DNA of 64,000 nt. Origin: Candidatus Woesebacteria bacterium (GTDB lineage: Bacteria; Patescibacteriota; Microgenomatia; UBA8517). A program made the translations under genes and the position numbers. Shown here in pieces: positions 46,931 to 54,715 of this stretch (position 1 is its first letter; each line of letters starts with the position of its first letter). The notes under the pieces were generated by a model. The model had not been told where the DNA came from and ran no database searches. It saw only the letters and a list, made by a program, of their open reading frames with translations. Location: contig CP066686.1 in assembly GCA_016432365.1 (NCBI GenBank), positions 874,918-938,917 of the forward strand, written 5' to 3'.

Positions 46931-47926
46931 TCATTTCTCCCACTCAGGCTGGGCGAAGTTTTGCATATAAATCGGAAGTTTTTCCTCCCCTATTAATTTC
47001 CTGTCACGATAAGTCAATTTCATAACAAGACCTCTTCTTGTTTCCTCACTCCACATCTGATCAAAAATAAAATTGCCAAGTGAATAATACACAGGTTTCC
47101 CGTTGATGTGATCAATTGATTGCACCCAATGCGGATGTGTCCCATACACAACATCCGCCCCCGCCCCCACTAGGTTTTTAGCTATTAGCTTTTGGCTTTT
47201 CGTTGGGTCTGTCGTGTATTCCAATCCCCAGTGCACAGCAACAATCAAAACATCCACCTTTTGTTTTGAATCAGAAGTTAATTGAAAGTCTTTATCCTTG
47301 GGAGCAAAATCAACGTAATCAAACCCCAAAAAACCAAATTTTGTACCATTTACTTCCTTAACCACCAAATTCCCGTCTCCGGTGTAATCTATCCCCGCCT
47401 TACTAAGAAAATTTTCAGTTTGAGATACCCCTTCTTTACCGTAATTTCCGGAGTGGTTATTGGCGATATTAACTACATCGATGCCTGCAAAAGTTAGGCC
47501 GTCAATCATTTTTGGATCCGCGCAAAATTTAAATCCCGAGCTTATCGAGGGACATTTTTCGATTATCGGATTTTCGAGATTGGCAAAAACAAGATCCGCG
47601 CCGGCAAGTGTGTCGCCAACTTTTAGAAATGGATAGGTGGGATCCCCTTTCTTCAAACTAACACCCATCACACTCCTCCCTAGCATGATATCCCCGGTTA
47701 AAAGTATAGAAATATCCTGCTTTCCGGAAAAATTGTTTACGAAGTTCTGGACCGAGTTGAGCTCAGTCCTGTTTTTAAGGTCCGGAGCCAGTACCGGTTT
47801 TGCAGAGATAACGTAAAGCAAAATTCCCAAAAAGCTTGCCGCAATTACCAAAATCCCCACCTGCCACCGATTCATGGTTTTAGTATACAGTTTGTGTATT
47901 GTATAATCATTGCTTGCGTCCCCCAC
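46931..47926 (-). CDS. CapA/PgsA-family metallophosphoesterase (poly-gamma-glutamate synthesis-like)
   Basis: N-terminal TM helix; GDIMLGR and GADLVFANLENP metallophosphatase motifs; NNHSGNYG; GTHPHW. Confidence 0.7.
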   Translation of the reverse strand: MGDASNDYTIHKLYTKTMNRWQVGILVIAASFLGILLYVISAKPVLAPDLKNRTELNSVQNFVNNFSGKQDISILLTGDIMLGRSVMGVSLKKGDPTYPFLKVGDTLAGADLVFANLENPIIEKCPSISSGFKFCADPKMIDGLTFAGIDVVNIANNHSGNYGKEGVSQTENFLSKAGIDYTGDGNLVVKEVNGTKFGFLGFDYVDFAPKDKDFQLTSDSKQKVDVLIVAVHWGLEYTTDPTKSQKLIAKNLVGAGADVVYGTHPHWVQSIDHINGKPVYYSLGNFIFDQMWSEETRRGLVMKLTYRDRKLIGEEKLPIYMQNFAQPEWEK

Positions 47927-48020
47927 AAAATTGCACGCAATTTTGAGAGGAGGAATAGCGAAACGGATAGATTTTGGCCTTTTAAGGCCAAATATCGCGA
48001 AGTGAAGCTTATTCCGACAA

Positions 48021-48092
48021 GCCTGGGTAGCTCAGTGGTAGAGCGCGTTCTTGGTAAGAACGAGGTCGTGGGTCCAATCCCCACCTCAGGCT
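48021..48092 (+). tRNA. tRNA-Thr (anticodon GGT)
   Basis: Acceptor GCCTGGG/CTCAGGC (one G-U), D-arm GCTCAGTGGTAGAGC, anticodon loop TTGGTAA, T-arm GTGGGTCCAATCCCCAC. Confidence 0.8.
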
Positions 48093-48120
48093 CAAAGATT
48101 GTGTCGTTCTCGGCTATGCC

Positions 48121-48171
48121 GTAAGAACGAGGTCATGGGGGTAGTCCCCACCTCAGGCTCAAAGATTGTGT
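48121..48171 (+). repeat. degenerate duplicate of the 3' half of tRNA-Thr(GGT) plus 12 nt of downstream flank
   Basis: gtaagaacgaggtcatgggggtagtccccacctcaggctcaaagattgtgt versus the original 48054..48104 (about 80% identity; the flank caaagattgtgt is identical). Confidence 0.6.
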
Positions 48172-48221
48172 ATTACACTCGCCCTTGTCGTTTGGTGTCA
48201 TGACTGGTAAAATACCCATGT

Positions 48222-48407
48222 ATGGCAAAAAAGGGCGCCCGAGAACTTGTTAGCATGATTTGTTCCGTATGTAAAAATCAAAATTACATTTCTACCCGGA
48301 ATAAAGTTAATATGGACGTAAAAGGTAAAGGTAAGCTCCAAATCAAAAAATATTGCAAATTTTGCCGAAAGTCTCAGCTTCACAAAGAGAGCTCCAAGCT
48401 CAAATAA
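48222..48407 (+). CDS. rpmG: 50S ribosomal protein L33 (zinc-ribbon form)
   Basis: MAKKG...CSVCKNQNY.STRNK.N...L...KYCKFCRK..LHKE. Confidence 0.8.
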   Translation: MAKKGARELVSMICSVCKNQNYISTRNKVNMDVKGKGKLQIKKYCKFCRKSQLHKESSKLK

Positions 48408-48459
48408 ACCTTACTTAGCTTTTGCCCACTCCCCTTGATATAATTAAACGTATCAATTT

Positions 48460-48533
48460 AGGGTCGTCGTTCAACGGCAGGACAGCGGTCTCCAAAACCG
48501 CTAATGATGGTTCGATTCCATCCGACCCTGCCA
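48460..48533 (+). tRNA. tRNA-Trp (anticodon CCA)
   Basis: Anticodon arm GCGGT-CTCCAAA-ACCGC, T-arm GGTTCGATTCC, acceptor AGGGTCG/CGACCCT, encoded CCA. Confidence 0.75.
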
Positions 48534-48573
48534 CATTTAGTTCACTTAGTTACGAACGTGGCTGGCCATGTAA

Positions 48574-49005
48574 ATGAAAGAAGATAAGGTGTGTTATAAT
48601 TTATCAGATAGAAACATGGTAGATACACAAATCGAGCAAGCTGGTGGAAATGAAATAAAACAAGCCCCTCCTCATTACGTAATCACAGTAGAAGATTTTT
48701 ATAGCGGTCACTATGCCGACAAAATAACACAAGGTGAGTGTGTGGTAGGCAAACTCTTCGGTGAGCCAAAAAGAGAAGATTATGATTCTGAGGCTGAGTA
48801 TCAAAGTAATCAAGCCGCTTTTGACCTCGTTATAAAAATAAATCCTACAGGAAATTTACAAACTTTTAATACGGTTGAAAAACAAGGTGATTACTATTTA
48901 ATGACATCTTTTGATAAAAGTGGTGGTGTTGGAACAATGCCAATGAGCGGAGACGAAAAACTTCTTGTATTTTCAAGGACTCCAAAATTATCTTCAGGTA
49001 GTTAG
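48574..49005 (+). CDS. hypothetical protein (143 aa)
   Basis: ORF. Its 3' end lies inside direct-repeat copy DR34-1. Confidence 0.35.
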   Translation: MKEDKVCYNLSDRNMVDTQIEQAGGNEIKQAPPHYVITVEDFYSGHYADKITQGECVVGKLFGEPKREDYDSEAEYQSNQAAFDLVIKINPTGNLQTFNTVEKQGDYYLMTSFDKSGGVGTMPMSGDEKLLVFSRTPKLSSGS

Positions 49006-49025
49006 AAACTAAAAATTTGCCATTT
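48992..49025. repeat. direct repeat DR34 copy 1 (cttcaggtagttagaaactaaaaatttgccattt)
   Basis: 32/34 identical to 49701..49734. The pair brackets CDS 49041..49652. Confidence 0.7.
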
Positions 49026-49040
49026 GCAGAGTAGCAACCC

Positions 49041-49652
49041 CTACTTTACAACCCTCATTCTGCTTGTCGGTATATTCTCCGGGATCAGAATTTCTGGTAA
49101 ATTAAAATCCCCATAATCGCCTTCACTCCCATCGTGCCCTTCCTTTAGATATTCGGATAAAGGTTTCGCTGTTTCCCAGTAACTTTTTGCGTATGATCTA
49201 GCCGCTTCTAATCCAAAACCCTCCAAATAAGAATCGGCCTCGGTATAATACTCGCCTTCTGCTACGACCGCATTTTGCATTTTCGGATCTATCATGGCTT
49301 CAACAATCACACTTTTTTTGGGGTCGTATGACAAACCCACATTAAACCTATCCGGTCGCCTTGGAAAAGCAAAAACACGTTTAGTTCTATCGACGCCTAC
49401 ACCCATATCCTGTGCCGTTTGATTAAATATTTCCTCAAGTTTTTGTTGTCGCCCGTTCATTCGATTATCTTCAACACGAAAACCATTATCAGCGACATGC
49501 TGCAAACTTTCTTTGCTTACTAGGATGTATACAGGGATAAACCCTTTTGGAATCTCACCGAAATCTCTCAAGGAAAATGGGATCTCATTTTTTGTGGATA
49601 GATTTTGATTATGCGTTTCTAACCCGTCGGCCTCAAGAGCATCAGCATTCAT
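49041..49652 (-). CDS. hypothetical protein (203 aa)
   Basis: ORF flanked by the DR34 pair. No motif recognised. Confidence 0.35.
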   Translation of the reverse strand: MNADALEADGLETHNQNLSTKNEIPFSLRDFGEIPKGFIPVYILVSKESLQHVADNGFRVEDNRMNGRQQKLEEIFNQTAQDMGVGVDRTKRVFAFPRRPDRFNVGLSYDPKKSVIVEAMIDPKMQNAVVAEGEYYTEADSYLEGFGLEAARSYAKSYWETAKPLSEYLKEGHDGSEGDYGDFNLPEILIPENIPTSRMRVVK

Positions 49653-49700
49653 ATTTTAACTATACATTATGAAGGCTGTAGCTCAAATTGTTTTAGATAC

Positions 49701-49734
49701 CTTCAGGTAGTTGGAAACTAAAAATTTGCCACTT
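49701..49734. repeat. direct repeat DR34 copy 2
   Basis: cttcaggtagttggaaactaaaaatttgccactt. Preceded by a 13-codon remnant ORF (MKAVAQIVLDTFR*). Confidence 0.7.
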
Positions 49735-49764
49735 TTCCGAGGGATTTCCATCCAGACCCGCAAA

Positions 49765-50322
49765 CTATTTAGGCAAGAAAAGGAAATCAACCAAGGTTTT
49801 TATTTGTTCTTCTATGTTTTGAGTTCGTATTGAATTGTCTATAACAATTCTCTCCTCAATATCCATTGGACTGTCGACCTCTCTCGATATGTATTGGCCG
49901 TCGATATTTCCTTTTCCGGCAACTTCTTCTTCACAAACAACCTCAATCCAAACAACTTTCTTGTTATTTCTCTGGGCCAATCCTACCGCTTTTTGCCGAT
50001 ATTCCAACTTCGAAAAAGTCGCATCTAAAACAACAGAATGTGCCCCCTCATCAAATAGTTTTTGTGCATTATCAAGCATATCTTCTAGGGCTACTTCCGA
50101 GTGCCAAGGCTCATATTGAATTTCAGAAATTCTTTTTCGCCTAAATACGTCGCTAGACAGTGTTGGGGTTTCCAATCGAAGACTGATTTCGTTAGCTATT
50201 GTGGTTTTTCCTACACCAATTTTTCCAAACACAACCACAACAATAGGCTCGGAAACACTTATTCGTAATTCTTTTGATTCAAACCCCGTTGCTTTAACCT
50301 TCTCAATACCCATATGCAACAA
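49765..50322 (-). CDS. P-loop kinase, AAA_33 / polynucleotide-kinase-like
   Basis: VVVFGKIGVGKTT Walker A; D..F......R pattern resembling the T4 Pnk / zeta-like kinase domain; 185 aa. Confidence 0.5.
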   Translation of the reverse strand: MLHMGIEKVKATGFESKELRISVSEPIVVVVFGKIGVGKTTIANEISLRLETPTLSSDVFRRKRISEIQYEPWHSEVALEDMLDNAQKLFDEGAHSVVLDATFSKLEYRQKAVGLAQRNNKKVVWIEVVCEEEVAGKGNIDGQYISREVDSPMDIEERIVIDNSIRTQNIEEQIKTLVDFLFLPK

Positions 50323-50365
50323 TCATACCAAAATTGAGCAAGCTTTCGACTACACTTTACTCATT

Positions 50366-50415
50366 CCCAACTTTTTGGGCCAGGAGTCGCCCTTCGGAGT
50401 AATTATAAACATCAT
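50366..50415. repeat. direct repeat DR50 copy 1 (perfect 50-mer)
   Basis: cccaactttttgggccaggagtcgcccttcggagtaattataaacatcat. Identical to 51425..51474. Confidence 0.85.
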
Positions 50416-50534
50416 TTTTTATCAGTTGCGTCAAATCTTTGTACAACACTCCTAAAACCCCTGTCCACCTTTCTAACGGTTGGGGCACTCTATCTAATAT
50501 CAACTAAGGAATTTAGTCACCTGCCATAAACCAA

Positions 50535-51461
50535 TTGCACTCCAACAATTGTTTGTCAACGATTTCTAACAATTGGTATACTAGATTCTCCATGTCTGAT
50601 CGTCCACAACAAGAAAAGGAATTTCGAATACGACCGTCTTTATTCGATTCTTTAGACCTACTTCCGCAGACTCCAGAACAAGCCTTAAAGTTCGGTGCTG
50701 AGTATTACAAAGAATTTCTTGAACCGGTTCTTCCGGGACTGGCCAGCGAAGTTGCAAAAATTCAGCAAGAAACAGGTGTACCAAATGACAAAACAGCATG
50801 TGTCTTCTTGGAAAGAGACGCTAGGCCTGCAATGCTTGCCTGGCACGAACTCACGACAGGATCCTCCCTCACTTCACTTTCAATACCAATTTCTGCAACG
50901 CAAATGGACGAAATATTTGAACTTTACCCGCCGTTCGAAAATGCAAACCTTGGACTCATTAAAAATCCCGACGAATGGTCCCGAACTTGGGCACATGAGA
51001 TTGATCCACTTTTCCATTATTTTGGAAATTCCCAAAATTGGGTTGATGCTATACGCGAAAGTCACGGCAAAAAACTAGCTAATACTAAACTCATTAATGT
51101 TGTTGATATCGGATACCACGGCAGCGCCGTTGAAACTGGACGTTACTTACTAAAAAGGGCTTTTCCTGATAAAACAGTAAAATCAATTTTGCTTTATCGT
51201 TACTCAGACGAAATTCCTATACGGTGCGTCAAATCTGACGAAACTACATGGTACGCAGAAAAATCTATCCCCCATACAACATCCGGGTATGCTTTAAGTG
51301 CTGGTAAATACAGGTATCTAAGACCAGAGGCAACAAAAAATAGTATCGAAATTGAAAACCAGTTCTACCGCGGGGTTATTAAGGCAGCCAGAAAAGATAA
51401 AGAGAGATTTAGACTTTTGTCATCCCCAACTTTTTGGGCCAGGAGTCGCCCTTCGGAGTAA
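50535..51461 (+). CDS. hypothetical protein (308 aa; TTG start, or Met at 50592)
   Basis: ORF bracketed by the DR50 pair. Its last 12 codons lie in DR50 copy 2. Confidence 0.35.
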   Translation: MHSNNCLSTISNNWYTRFSMSDRPQQEKEFRIRPSLFDSLDLLPQTPEQALKFGAEYYKEFLEPVLPGLASEVAKIQQETGVPNDKTACVFLERDARPAMLAWHELTTGSSLTSLSIPISATQMDEIFELYPPFENANLGLIKNPDEWSRTWAHEIDPLFHYFGNSQNWVDAIRESHGKKLANTKLINVVDIGYHGSAVETGRYLLKRAFPDKTVKSILLYRYSDEIPIRCVKSDETTWYAEKSIPHTTSGYALSAGKYRYLRPEATKNSIEIENQFYRGVIKAARKDKERFRLLSSPTFWARSRPSE

Positions 51462-52086
51462 TTATAAACATCATCCTTTTGTCGGTAATAGTACGGGGCT
51501 TGGAAGTTCCCCCAACTTTAATCTCGTTCGAATCCCACCAGCGCCTTTGAAAATCCTTAATTCTAAATCTTCTGTCCACCCCTGCGAACTTATGGAACGG
51601 GTCAGCAATTCTTAAATAACCTCTGTTTTTATCTACACGGGTAACAACGCCGTAATGCCCATCGTCTTCGTCTGCATCCTCGTAAAAAACTCCCTGCCAC
51701 TCTACACCTACCGGAAATCCATATTTGTTTACAATTGTATCCAAGTCACTTATTTTAGAATTAGCTTTTTTCCAGAAAGAAAAACCACCTTTGCCGGCAA
51801 TTTTAGATGCCCTTGCCAAGTCTCTTACACTCATACCCCATTTTCTGATTTTCTTCTGGGCGCGAAGAGAGGCCACAATTCGTTTTTGAAAAACCTTTAC
51901 TCCCAGGAAGGAGAAAAGCATGGCAAGGACGGCAGGGCCACAGCTATAGATGTCTACCTGCTTGATCCTGGCCATTTTAGGGAGGGCAACCCCCTGAAGC
52001 CTGTCCTGTAAGGCCAAAAGACGCCTGACTACCGCCCGAACAGTCCTGTTGGTATTTATTTCCATTTGGCCCAATTGTACGGCCAT
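51409..52086 (-). CDS. papain-like cysteine peptidase, C39-like domain
   Basis: QVDIYSCGPAVLAMLFSFLG matches the Q...SCGPA.LAM catalytic-Cys motif of Peptidase_C39-like domains; downstream His/Asp candidates (DGHYGVV). True start may be the internal Met. Confidence 0.45.
   Translation of the reverse strand: MAVQLGQMEINTNRTVRAVVRRLLALQDRLQGVALPKMARIKQVDIYSCGPAVLAMLFSFLGVKVFQKRIVASLRAQKKIRKWGMSVRDLARASKIAGKGGFSFWKKANSKISDLDTIVNKYGFPVGVEWQGVFYEDADEDDGHYGVVTRVDKNRGYLRIADPFHKFAGVDRRFRIKDFQRRWWDSNEIKVGGTSKPRTITDKRMMFIITPKGDSWPKKLGMTKV
51425..51474. repeat. direct repeat DR50 copy 2
   Basis: Perfect 50/50 match to 50366..50415, with one further match 5 nt upstream. Confidence 0.85.
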
Positions 52087-52103
52087 TAGTCAAATTTGTC
52101 CAC

Positions 52104-53177
52104 CTATATATTTCTGGCGTATTTGGAAAGAAGACTTCCAATTGTTTCCGAAAACTCGACTCCATTCATCGACATTACCTCTGTCATCGGAAGACCTATG
52201 TCGGGCCCAAACGCTGTATTGGGATTACTGTCTGTAAAATACGGAATATGAGTATTTTCATCAACCCTTATATCAAACTTTGCATAATCTTTATGTTGTA
52301 ACCCTCCGAAAGCTCTCACCGCAAGTTTTTTGATTTCATACTTTAAACTTTCTTCAACGGGAACATATCTATATGCCCTTGCATCAGAATACGATTCAAA
52401 ACTTGTAAAAAAATGCTTTCCGTCCGGTTTTTTTCTAAATACTTTTTGGGCCATAAAGACATGACGTTTAACGTTGTCTTCAAAAACCACAACCGTAATT
52501 TCCGGCCCATCAATAAACTTTTCTACAATTACAGGAACTTTATAGGTTGAAACCATATGATTGACTCTTAGTTTAGCTGCTCTGTCTGTTTCTTTGACTG
52601 ATGTGTCATTTATACCAACGCTTCCCCCACCTTCATTTAATTTGACTATTAGAGGCAAGCCCAAATCTTCGTCGATGTTTGTTCCGGCGCGACGAATAAA
52701 CTGAAAAGGAGGAGTCGGAACATCGTAAGCCATAAGAAGTCTCTTTGTTAAGTTACGGTTATTACCAATAATTAAGCCTTCCATTCCGGCACCGGTATAG
52801 GGAATGTTGGCAAGCTCAAGAGCCGCCGGAACCGATGGCTGAAGCTGATCTCGACCTTTTAATGTATCAACAAGGTTAATGACCAGATCGGGTCTGTCCA
52901 CCAACAAGTTGGTATAAAAATATTGATCCCCGGGAAGGGTGCGAGTGGGAATTCCGAGTTTCCTAACTTCTTCTGATACCTCAATTGCCCTCGCTTCTAC
53001 TTCGATTTCGGCTTCATATGCATCTTTAGTAGCAAAATTCTCCCGTTCAACAGATGAGTAAGCCACAACAACCAGCCGGAATTTTTTGAGAGCCTCTTTA
53101 TCTACAGACAACTTAATGTTTTCCCTGGACGGAGATTTTTTTATTTCGACTTCTTCCTCGACTTTGGCAGTGGGCAT
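52104..53177 (-). CDS. D-alanine--D-alanine ligase family ATP-grasp enzyme
   Basis: Ddl-like central and C-terminal domains: NIPYTGAG, PLIVKLNEGGGSVGI, ARFDIRVDENTHIPYFTDSNPNTAFGP. Confidence 0.65.
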   Translation of the reverse strand: MPTAKVEEEVEIKKSPSRENIKLSVDKEALKKFRLVVVAYSSVERENFATKDAYEAEIEVEARAIEVSEEVRKLGIPTRTLPGDQYFYTNLLVDRPDLVINLVDTLKGRDQLQPSVPAALELANIPYTGAGMEGLIIGNNRNLTKRLLMAYDVPTPPFQFIRRAGTNIDEDLGLPLIVKLNEGGGSVGINDTSVKETDRAAKLRVNHMVSTYKVPVIVEKFIDGPEITVVVFEDNVKRHVFMAQKVFRKKPDGKHFFTSFESYSDARAYRYVPVEESLKYEIKKLAVRAFGGLQHKDYAKFDIRVDENTHIPYFTDSNPNTAFGPDIGLPMTEVMSMNGVEFSETIGSLLSKYARNI

Positions 53178-53213
53178 ATATATATAGTAAAAGGTAAAAA
53201 GTAAAAGGTAAAG

Positions 53214-53678
53214 ATGTATAATTTTGATATGAAGAATAAGCAGAGCTTGCCATCAAATGGTAAAGTATTGGTTGGCGGGTGTTTTGATATTCTGCATTAT
53301 GGACATATTCACTTCCTTAAACACGCTAAGGCTTTGGGAAACCATCTTGTGATTGCTCTCGAGTCAGACAAAAATATCAAAAAATTAAAAGGGGTCGGGC
53401 GCCCCATTCATGATCAGAATAAAAGACGTGAAGTTCTTGAATCTTTAAACTTTGTAGATGAAGTAATAATTTTGAAAGACGAAATGCGCGATAGCGATTA
53501 TTTTGAACTGGTTGACAGGGTCCGACCCCTGGTAATCGCAGTCACCGCCGGAGACCCGATGATTGAAAAAAAGAAGTCTCATGCCTTCAAGGTCGGAGCC
53601 AAGGTTATTGAAATCCCCAAAATCGATTCGCCCTCAACGACACAAATTGCCAGGCTTTTAGAACTTGAGACAAATTGA
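53214..53678 (+). CDS. cytidylyltransferase-like nucleotidyltransferase (HldE domain II / TagD-like)
   Basis: GGCFDILHYGH (HxGH) motif near the N-terminus; 154 aa. Confidence 0.6.
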   Translation: MYNFDMKNKQSLPSNGKVLVGGCFDILHYGHIHFLKHAKALGNHLVIALESDKNIKKLKGVGRPIHDQNKRREVLESLNFVDEVIILKDEMRDSDYFELVDRVRPLVIAVTAGDPMIEKKKSHAFKVGAKVIEIPKIDSPSTTQIARLLELETN

Positions 53679-53762
53679 AAAGTTGACAAATGCAGTAATA
53701 GACCTATAATTAGGCCGAATACACACAAATGTTGTGTAAATCTTGCACCTTAGGAGCAAAAA

Positions 53763-54044
53763 ATGCCCGTAACATATTCGCTTGTAAAACCCGTTGCCAA
53801 TCCCAGTACCAAACCAAGGAAAAAGCGAACAACAGTACATCCAACGGCAAGAGAGATCGTGTTGGAAGCCAAAGGGCTAGATCTGAATAGGGTTGCTTTA
53901 CTGGCACACCAATCTGATGATCTATGTCTTACAAGACCTTTGCCGGCCGGTAAATCTGTAAATTTATGTCTCTACTGTGGCGCCGAAATGGAACTGGATC
54001 AGAACCAGTGCGCAGAATGTGACAACTTTGTTTCCAGTCTCTGA
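53763..54044 (+). CDS. hypothetical protein with C-terminal zinc-ribbon-like CxxC...CxxC
   Basis: CLYCGAEMELDQNQCAEC; GC is higher than the surrounding sequence. Confidence 0.3.
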   Translation: MPVTYSLVKPVANPSTKPRKKRTTVHPTAREIVLEAKGLDLNRVALLAHQSDDLCLTRPLPAGKSVNLCLYCGAEMELDQNQCAECDNFVSSL

Positions 54045-54213
54045 ATGAATCCATTTTTCCTTGAGGGGAGCAGAAAAAACAACAAATTTCAAAATTTGAT
54101 TGCATACTCTGCTCCCCGTACCACCCTCTAATCTTTCTCCAAAAAAAACGGGAGAAAAGATTTCCAAGATACAATAGTAAATTGTAAATTCTTGGTTCTC
54201 CCTTCTCCCTTAA

Positions 54214-54639
54214 CTAATGTGTTGACCGTCTTGTGTGCTTTCCGTGTCGGGACGCGTCGTTAGGGCTTAATGAAGCAATGTATTTCGCCTTTTGGATATA
54301 CAGCTCCATCTTGCCTGTACGAAGATTTGGCTGCCATCTTCCTACATCTCCATTAGGAAAATAGACCAACTGGCCAAATTCGGGCCTGCCCTCAGTCTTT
54401 TCGTCCGGCATGGGCTGGCTTTCAACAATCATCGGTCCTGCATCTATTCTCGAAAACCTTTTGGTGTCTTCATCCCGACGATACGTCTCTTTTTTGCCTT
54501 CTTCTCTTTCGACGGTCACAATCCCGGTGACCAGATCGAGCACTCCTTCCAAGAGTTCTCCCTTGCCCTTGACGCTAGCAAAGAAAGTAATTCTCTTTGT
54601 CTTGGCGTTCCCGTCAACATCCGACCGTTTCATTCTCAC
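54214..54639 (-). CDS. hypothetical protein (141 aa)
   Basis: ORF in a patch of relatively high GC. Confidence 0.3.
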   Translation of the reverse strand: MRMKRSDVDGNAKTKRITFFASVKGKGELLEGVLDLVTGIVTVEREEGKKETYRRDEDTKRFSRIDAGPMIVESQPMPDEKTEGRPEFGQLVYFPNGDVGRWQPNLRTGKMELYIQKAKYIASLSPNDASRHGKHTRRSTH

Positions 54640-54715
54640 TTCAGCCTCCGATCAAATTTGTACTTAAATTACTGTCTCAAAATGTGCCAGACGAGATTTT
54701 ACCACACACACCATA

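Noticed and set aside
48093-48173. A second tRNA gene downstream of tRNA-Thr(GGT)
   Set aside because: Only the 3' half is present and is degenerate. No acceptor 5' strand or D-arm can be drawn, so it is treated as a duplication scar, not a gene.
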